Assembly: GCA_965250005.1 (NCBI GenBank)
Contig: OZ252279.1
Location: 60,001-92,000 of the forward strand
Direction of reading: 5' to 3'
Length of the DNA stretch: 32,000 bases
Origin: Demequinaceae bacterium
GTDB lineage: Bacteria; Actinomycetota; Actinomycetes; Actinomycetales; Demequinaceae
Shown here: piece by piece, positions 25,951 to 32,000 of the stretch
Layout of the letters: every line of letters begins with the position of its first letter
Position numbering within the stretch: position 1 is the stretch's first letter
Notes under the pieces: model-generated
The model's database searches: none
Seen by the model: the letters and a program-made list of their open reading frames with translations, nothing else
Told to the model about the DNA's origin: nothing
Position numbers and translations under genes: made by a program

Positions 25951-28900
25951 GTGCGGTACCGAGTGGACCGTTTGACTTCACCGGCTCTTTCCCGCGAGTC
26001 GAGCGCGGTGCCCGCAGCCAGGATGCTGGGCGTGTTGCTCCTGCTGTTGGCCATGCTAGCTCCGGTCGCGGCTCATGCCGCGGGCTCTCCCACGGGCGCT
26101 GTAGCCGCCGCGTGGCCGGCGACCTGGAACAACTACCTGCTCGCAAGCGGCGACATCATCGGCGACAACAACACCGACCAGAACCCCAGCACGCTCGACC
26201 TCGCGAGCGGCCCGTGCGCCGGCAATTGCGTCGGCCCCGACTCGAGCGTCCTCTATTACTCCGACGGCACCACCGCGTTCTTCCGGATGCGGCTCGCCAC
26301 CGACCTCACAGACAACAGCAAGGGCGGGCTCGTCGGAGGCGCGTTCCTTGTCCAGCTCGCCGACGCGAGCGACAACGTGCTCGCGGTCGTCGGTGTGGAC
26401 GGCAAGTCCTCGTCCGTAGACTACGTGTACGTGGCCGACGCGCCCGGCAACAACGTCACCCCCATCTACACCTACCCGTTCGACAACAGCGGGTCGGAGA
26501 CCTCGGGCGGCATGCGCATGCTGTCCGCCGGCGACGGCTCCGGCCAGTACTTCCTCGACTTCCAGGTGCCGGTGGCCACGATCACGACCGTCTCGGGCGG
26601 CGCGATCACCACGTCAACGCCGATCAAGATGTACTACGGCTCCTCGGCCGCCGCGAACCTCGCGACTATTAACAAGGATTTCATGCTCGGCGACGTTTCG
26701 AGCGCCGACTTCTCAGGGATCGCGATCGTCACGCTCACGCCCGCGTCGCTGACGCTGTCGTCCGGCGCTGTCAGCGCGACCGGCCCCAACCCTCCCGCCG
26801 AGACCGCCACGTCCACCTACACGGTGACTCTCACCGCGTCGAACCCGGGCGGATCGCAGCTCACCTCGACCACGGTCACCGTCCCGATCCCGTCCGGCGC
26901 GACCGCGAGTTCGCTGAGCACCGCGGCCGGCACCTTCACCGGGGGTGGCACCTCTGAACTCACGTGGACCATCGGCACCATCCCCGCGGGTGGCTTCGTG
27001 GAGGCAACCTTCACTGTGTCGGTCACTCCCGGCACCAGCACCGCTGGCAGCACCATCACGCTCGTGAGCCTCCAGAGCGGCTCGGGCAGCGACGTGCCCG
27101 CAGCGGCCACGCGCACGGCGACCGCGGCCGCAATCACGGTCGGCCCGGTTGCGGTCGCCCCCAACTGGACCGTGGACTTCGACAGCCAGGGCGGCAGTGC
27201 CGTGTCGAGTCAGTCCGTCGCGAGCAACGGTAACGCCAGCACACCCACGCCGCCCACCCTCACCGGGTACACGCTCGACGGCTGGTACACCGCCGCATCC
27301 GGCGGATCACTCTGGACGTTCGCGACGGACACTGTCACCGCCGACACCACGCTGTATGCGCACTGGACCGCGATCGACTACACGGTCAGCTTCGACTCGC
27401 AGGGCGGCTCCGCCATCAGCAGCCAGACGGTCGCGTACGACGCCTACGCGGCGATCCCCGTGTCGCCGCCCACGCTCACCGGCTACACGTTCGCGGGCTG
27501 GTTTGACGCGGCTTCCGGCGGCAGCGGCTGGGACTTCCCCGGCACTGCAATCACGGGCGACACGACCATCTACGCGCAGTGGACCGCGATCGACTACACC
27601 GTCACGTTCGACTCGCAGGGCGGCTCCGCCATCAGCAGCCAGACGGTCGCGTACGACGCCTACGCGGCGATCCCCGTGTCGCCGCCCACGCTCACCGGCT
27701 ACACGTTCGCGGGCTGGTTTGACGCGGCTTCCGGAGGCTCCGCGTGGAACTTCGGCGCCGACGCAATCACGGGCGACACGACCATCTACGCGCAGTGGAC
27801 CGCGATCGACTACACCGTCACGTTCGACTCGCAGGGCGGATCCGCCATCAGCAGCGAAATGGTCGCGTACGGCAACTACGCCACGCTTCCGGCATCACCG
27901 CCGACCCGCGCCGGATTCAGTTTCGACGGCTGGTTCACGCTCGACTCGGGAGGCTCCACATGGAACTTCCCCGGCACCGCAATCACAGGCGACACCACCA
28001 TCTACGCGCACTGGACCCCCCTCGGCTACACGGTGACCTTTGACAGCCAGGGCGGTAGCGCCGTCGGCGCGCTAACCGTCGCGAATGGCGAGTACGCCGC
28101 CGAGCCGAGCCCGCCCACCTACGCGGGGCACACGTTCAACGGCTGGTTCAGTGCTGCGTCCGGCGGCACGGAGTGGGACTTCGGTACAGACGCGGTCACC
28201 GGCGATGTCACGCTCTACGCCCAGTGGACGACGCTTAACTACCCCGTGACGTTCGACAGCCACGGCGGTAGTTCGGTCGCCACCGAGAACGTTCCCTACG
28301 GCGACTACGCCACTGAGCCCGCCGACCCCACCCGCTACGGCTACGACTTCGACGGCTGGTTCACGGCCGAGTCGGGCGGCACCGCGTGGGACTTCGGCGC
28401 CAACGCGATCACCGCCGCCACCACCATCCACGCCCAGTGGACGCTTGCCGACTTCACCGTGAGCTACGACAGTCAGGGCGGCTCCGCAGTCGGCAGCGAG
28501 ACGGTCACCTTCGGCAACTACGCTGCCGAGCCGTTGGACCCCGCGCTCACCGGCTACACGTTCCTCGGCTGGTACACGCTCGCGTCCGGCGGCACCGCGT
28601 GGGACTTCGGCGCGACCGCGATCACCGGCGATCTCACCCTGTACGCGCATTGGGCGCCCATCGACTACGCGGTCACGTTCGACACACAGGGCGGCTCGGC
28701 AGTCGCCGGCGCGACCGTCGCCTACGGCGAGACCGTGCCGAGCCCCTCCGCGCCGACGCTATCCGGCTACGCCTTCGACGGTTGGTTCACTGCCGCATCC
28801 GGCGGAACGGAGTGGGACTTCCTCGCCGACACGATCACAGGCGACACCACGATCTACGCGCATTGGACCCCCATTGACTACACCCTGACGTTCGACAGCC

Positions 28901-31900
28901 AGGGCGGCAGCGCGGTGGTCGGCCAGGTGGTGGCGTTCGGAGACCTCGGCACCGAGCCCACCGACCCCACCAAGTACGGCACCACGTTCGACGGCTGGTA
29001 CACGTCCGCCTCGGGCGGCACACTATGGGACTTCGACGCAGACGTCGTCGCGAGTGCGACCACCCTTTACGCGTACTGGACGCCGGTGAACTACCCGGTG
29101 ACGTTCGACAGCCAGGGCGGCAACGCCGTCGGCGGGCAGAGCGTCGCATACGGCGGCTACGCGTCGGAGCCCAGCGACCCCACCCAGTCCGGGTACACGT
29201 TCGACGGATGGTTCACTTCCGCGTCCGGCGGTACACTGTGGGACTTCGGCACGGACGCCATCGCGGGCGCGACCACCCTGTACGCGCAGTGGACCCCCGT
29301 CGACTACACGGCGACGTTCGACAGTCAGGGCGGCACCGCCGTCGGCTCGCAGACGCTGCCCTACGGTTCGCTCGTCGCCCAGCCGACGCCGCCAACGCAG
29401 TTTGGCTACACTCTCGACGGCTGGTACACCGCCGCGTCCGGCGGCACCCTGTGGGACTTCTCCGCCGACACAATGACCGGCGACATCACGCTGTACGCGC
29501 AGTGGATCGCTAACACCAACACCGTGACGTTCGACGGGCAAGGCGGTAGCTTCACCGCCGGTGAGACCGTCGCGACTGGAAACCTTGTCACCGAGCCGGC
29601 CGACCCCACTCGCTATGGCTACACGCTCGACGGCTGGTACGACGCCTCGACCGGCGGCTCGCTGTGGGACTTCGGCGCCGACACGGTGCCCGGCGACATG
29701 ATCCTGTACGCGCAGTGGACCATCGTGAACTACCCCGTGACGTTTGACAGCCAGGGCGGCAACGCCGTCGGCGGACAGAGTGTGGCCTACGGCGACTACG
29801 CGTCGGAGCCCAGCGACCCCGCGTTCGCGGGCTACACGTTTGACGGTTGGTACACGGCCGCATCGGGCGGAGCACTGTGGGACTTTGGTGCGGATGCGAT
29901 CACCGCGGCTACCACGCTCTACGCGCAGTGGACCCCCGTCGACTACACCGCGACGTTTGACAGCCAGGGCGGCACCGCCGTCAGCTCACAGACGCTCCCG
30001 AACGGGTCGCTCGTCACTCAGCCCGCCCCGCCCCCGCGCGCCGGTTACGCGTTCGACGGCTGGTTCGACGCCTCGAGCGGCGGCTCGGCCTGGGACTTCG
30101 GATCCGACACCCTCACCGGCAACGTGACTCTCTACGCGCAGTGGTCCGCTATTCCGTACACACTGGCCTTTGACAGCCAGGGCGGCACACCGGTGACCGC
30201 ACAGACGGTGCCGTACGACACGCTCGCCACCGAACCCACCGACCCCACGCGTGGCGGCTACACGTTCGACGGCTGGTACACGCTCAGCTCCGGCGGCGTC
30301 GTGTGGGACTTCACGACCGACACCGTGGTCGCGGACGCCACCGTTTACGCGCAATGGACGCCTGTGGACTACACGCTCACGTACGACAGCCAAGGCGGCG
30401 ACGCCGTGTCGAGTGAAACCGTCGCGTACGGCGCGCTCGCGACCGAGCCCGTTGACCCGACGCGCACGGGCTATACCTTCGACGGCTGGTCCACCGCCGT
30501 ATCCGGCGGAAGCGCGTGGAACTTCGCGACGAACACCATGACGGGTGACCGCACCCTCTACGCCGCGTGGACGCCCGCGTCCTACACCGTCACCTTCGAC
30601 ACCCAGGGCGGCAGTAGCGTCCCGGACGAGACCGTCGACTACAACGAGTTCGCGACCGAGCCGAGCGCGCCGACCCGCACAGGTTACGCGTTCGACGGCT
30701 GGTTCGACTCCGCCTCCGGTGGGACCGCGTGGGACTTCGACGCGACCACGATCACCGATGACACGACCATCTACGCGCAGTGGACCATCTTGACCAACGT
30801 CGTGTCGTTCGATAGCCAGGGCGGCGGTACGGTGCCGAACCAAACCATCGACTACGACGACACTGCCACCGAGCCGACCGAGCCCACCAAGTCCGGCTAC
30901 ACCTTCGAAGGCTGGTTCAGCGCTCCGACCGCCGGTACCGAGTGGGACTTCACCACCGACACCGTGGTGACCAGCCTCACGCTGTACGGCCAGTGGACCA
31001 TCGTCACGTACACCGTCAGCTACGACAGCCAAGGTGGTTCCGCCGTGGCGAGCGAGTCCGTCAACTACGGTGGCCTCGCCACCGAGCCCACCGACCCGAC
31101 GCGCACCGGCTACACGTTCGATGACTGGTATTCGGCGTCGTCGGGCGGCTTCGTGTGGGACTTCACCAGCAACACCATCACCGCCGACAAAACGCTCTAC
31201 GCCGCGTGGACCCCGATCGATTACTCCGTCACGTTCGACACGCAGGGCGGCACGGTGGTGTCCGGCCAGACCGTCAGTTACAACACCTTCGCGGCGACGC
31301 CGGCGACACCCACCCGCACCGGCTACACATTCGACGGCTGGTTCGACGCGGCGTCCGGAGGGTCCGAATGGGACTTTGGCACCGACGCGATCACCGATGA
31401 CACCACGATCTACGCGCAGTGGACGATCATCACTAACCCCGTGACGTTCGACAGCCAGGGCGGCAGCGGCGTGTCGAGCCAAACCATCGACTACGACGGC
31501 CTCGTAGTAGAGCCTGTCGACCCGACGTTCACCGGCTTCACGTTTGACGGCTGGTTCGACGCGGCGTCCGGCGGCACCGCATGGGACTTTGGCGCCGACA
31601 CCGTCACGAGCCCGGAAACCTTGTACGCGCAGTGGACAGCGATCACGTACAACGTGACGTACGACAGCCAGGGCGGCTCGGCTGTCAGTTCCGAGACCGT
31701 CGGGTACAACGCACTCGTCACCGAGCCCGCCGACCCGACGCTCACCGGCTACACGTTCGACGGCTGGTTTGACGCTTCGTCGGCCGGGGCGCCGTGGGAC
31801 TTCCCATCCGACTCCGTGCTCGCGGACACGACCCTGTACGCGCAGTGGACAGCAATCGACTACACCGTGTCGTACTCGAGCCAGGGCGGTTCCGCCGTCG

Positions 31901-32000
31901 CGAGCGAGACCGTCGCGTTCAACGGCATGGCGACCGAGCCGTCCGACCCGACTCGACCCGGCTACACATTTCTGGGCTGGTTCGACTCGGCGTCCGGTGG
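25951..32000 (+). CDS. Giant secreted/cell-surface repeat protein (5' part only; more than 2000 codons in the window, no stop reached)
   Basis: This frame is open from 25879 to the window end, so it is absent from the ORF track, which lists only closed ORFs. GGAG (25941-25944) precedes GTG 25951; ATG 26023 is an alternative start. Signal peptide ...RMLGVLLLLLAMLAPVAAHA|AGSP. An unknown ~230-aa domain follows, then a DUF11-like domain (~26806-27060: YTVTLTASNPGGSQLTSTTVTVPIPSGA...WTIGTIPAGGFVEATFTVSV), then tandem Listeria-Bacteroides (Flg_new-type) repeats. Confidence 0.9.
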   Translation, partial: MRYRVDRLTSPALSRESSAVPAARMLGVLLLLLAMLAPVAAHAAGSPTGAVAAAWPATWNNYLLASGDIIGDNNTDQNPSTLDLASGPCAGNCVGPDSSVLYYSDGTTAFFRMRLATDLTDNSKGGLVGGAFLVQLADASDNVLAVVGVDGKSSSVDYVYVADAPGNNVTPIYTYPFDNSGSETSGGMRMLSAGDGSGQYFLDFQVPVATITTVSGGAITTSTPIKMYYGSSAAANLATINKDFMLGDVSSADFSGIAIVTLTPASLTLSSGAVSATGPNPPAETATSTYTVTLTASNPGGSQLTSTTVTVPIPSGATASSLSTAAGTFTGGGTSELTWTIGTIPAGGFVEATFTVSVTPGTSTAGSTITLVSLQSGSGSDVPAAATRTATAAAITVGPVAVAPNWTVDFDSQGGSAVSSQSVASNGNASTPTPPTLTGYTLDGWYTAASGGSLWTFATDTVTADTTLYAHWTAIDYTVSFDSQGGSAISSQTVAYDAYAAIPVSPPTLTGYTFAGWFDAASGGSGWDFPGTAITGDTTIYAQWTAIDYTVTFDSQGGSAISSQTVAYDAYAAIPVSPPTLTGYTFAGWFDAASGGSAWNFGADAITGDTTIYAQWTAIDYTVTFDSQGGSAISSEMVAYGNYATLPASPPTRAGFSFDGWFTLDSGGSTWNFPGTAITGDTTIYAHWTPLGYTVTFDSQGGSAVGALTVANGEYAAEPSPPTYAGHTFNGWFSAASGGTEWDFGTDAVTGDVTLYAQWTTLNYPVTFDSHGGSSVATENVPYGDYATEPADPTRYGYDFDGWFTAESGGTAWDFGANAITAATTIHAQWTLADFTVSYDSQGGSAVGSETVTFGNYAAEPLDPALTGYTFLGWYTLASGGTAWDFGATAITGDLTLYAHWAPIDYAVTFDTQGGSAVAGATVAYGETVPSPSAPTLSGYAFDGWFTAASGGTEWDFLADTITGDTTIYAHWTPIDYTLTFDSQGGSAVVGQVVAFGDLGTEPTDPTKYGTTFDGWYTSASGGTLWDFDADVVASATTLYAYWTPVNYPVTFDSQGGNAVGGQSVAYGGYASEPSDPTQSGYTFDGWFTSASGGTLWDFGTDAIAGATTLYAQWTPVDYTATFDSQGGTAVGSQTLPYGSLVAQPTPPTQFGYTLDGWYTAASGGTLWDFSADTMTGDITLYAQWIANTNTVTFDGQGGSFTAGETVATGNLVTEPADPTRYGYTLDGWYDASTGGSLWDFGADTVPGDMILYAQWTIVNYPVTFDSQGGNAVGGQSVAYGDYASEPSDPAFAGYTFDGWYTAASGGALWDFGADAITAATTLYAQWTPVDYTATFDSQGGTAVSSQTLPNGSLVTQPAPPPRAGYAFDGWFDASSGGSAWDFGSDTLTGNVTLYAQWSAIPYTLAFDSQGGTPVTAQTVPYDTLATEPTDPTRGGYTFDGWYTLSSGGVVWDFTTDTVVADATVYAQWTPVDYTLTYDSQGGDAVSSETVAYGALATEPVDPTRTGYTFDGWSTAVSGGSAWNFATNTMTGDRTLYAAWTPASYTVTFDTQGGSSVPDETVDYNEFATEPSAPTRTGYAFDGWFDSASGGTAWDFDATTITDDTTIYAQWTILTNVVSFDSQGGGTVPNQTIDYDDTATEPTEPTKSGYTFEGWFSAPTAGTEWDFTTDTVVTSLTLYGQWTIVTYTVSYDSQGGSAVASESVNYGGLATEPTDPTRTGYTFDDWYSASSGGFVWDFTSNTITADKTLYAAWTPIDYSVTFDTQGGTVVSGQTVSYNTFAATPATPTRTGYTFDGWFDAASGGSEWDFGTDAITDDTTIYAQWTIITNPVTFDSQGGSGVSSQTIDYDGLVVEPVDPTFTGFTFDGWFDAASGGTAWDFGADTVTSPETLYAQWTAITYNVTYDSQGGSAVSSETVGYNALVTEPADPTLTGYTFDGWFDASSAGAPWDFPSDSVLADTTLYAQWTAIDYTVSYSSQGGSAVASETVAFNGMATEPSDPTRPGYTFLGWFDSASG
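27178..32000 (+). repeat. In-frame tandem array of at least 23 units of 213-216 nt (71-72 aa), Listeria-Bacteroides repeat type
   Basis: The unit-start motif (T/V)FDSQGG recurs at 27178, 27391, 27607, 27823 and 28039, then every 213 nt through 31873. Consensus: v(T/S)FDSQGGsaV..q.V.yg..a.eP..PtrtGYtFdGWftaasGGt.WdF..d.itgDtTlYAqWt.i.Y. The array continues past position 32000. Confidence 0.95.

Noticed and set aside
28072-31745. Long minus-strand ORFs across the repeat array (e.g. 29986..31482 at 498 aa, 29023..29541, 28072..28650), plus off-frame plus-strand ORFs (27149..28036 and others).
   Set aside because: They are Arg/Gly/Val-rich, low-complexity translations antisense or out of frame to a clearly coding high-GC frame. 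They are a typical artefact of GC-rich repeats.
27178-32000. The regular 213-nt periodic repeat could superficially suggest a CRISPR-like or satellite array.
   Set aside because: The period is a multiple of 3. The array lies in one uninterrupted reading frame with a protein-domain consensus (FDSQGG...GYTFDGW...LYAQW). There is no repeat/spacer alternation.
1-32000. I looked for tRNA, rRNA, integrase/transposase genes, inverted terminal repeats and CRISPR repeats that could delimit the island.
   Set aside because: None was recognised by eye. Absence cannot be proven without tRNAscan, Infernal or ISfinder-type searches.

Overview
This is a high-GC, actinobacterial-type chromosomal segment; hand counts of single 60-nt lines give about 67-70% G+C in core genes. 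No rRNA, tRNA, CRISPR array, integrase or transposase was recognised. It divides into three parts. (1) Positions 1-12.5 kb look like ordinary core genome. They carry a partial CcdA-like gene, arginine deiminase, a translationally coupled GT4 / unknown / GH130 glycan operon, an MBL-fold hydrolase, an RraB-like protein, a DHA2 MFS transporter, a DUF4349 lipoprotein and a DUF255/thioredoxin-domain protein. (2) Positions 12.8-25.7 kb are an accessory, defence-type island. An AbiEi/AbiEii toxin-antitoxin pair is bracketed by two diverged copies of the same gene 3' end, and the upstream membrane-protein frame is split by an in-frame TAG. A complete single-polypeptide Type ISP restriction-modification enzyme (Mrr nuclease, SF2 ATPase, N6-adenine methyltransferase, specificity region) follows. 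Its stop codon overlaps the ATG of a small stand-alone SIR2-like (putative NADase) gene. The island also holds a decayed exonuclease-BRCT pseudogene, a DUF6308-like protein and a GNAT/DUF1778 toxin-antitoxin pair. (3) From 25.95 kb to the window end runs one open frame for a giant secreted protein. It has a signal peptide, an unknown N-terminal domain and a DUF11-like domain, then at least 23 tandem 71-72-aa Listeria-Bacteroides-type repeats that run off the window. The best candidate for something undescribed is the Type ISP RM + SIR2 two-gene unit. All family assignments come from reading motifs in the supplied translations; no database search was run.
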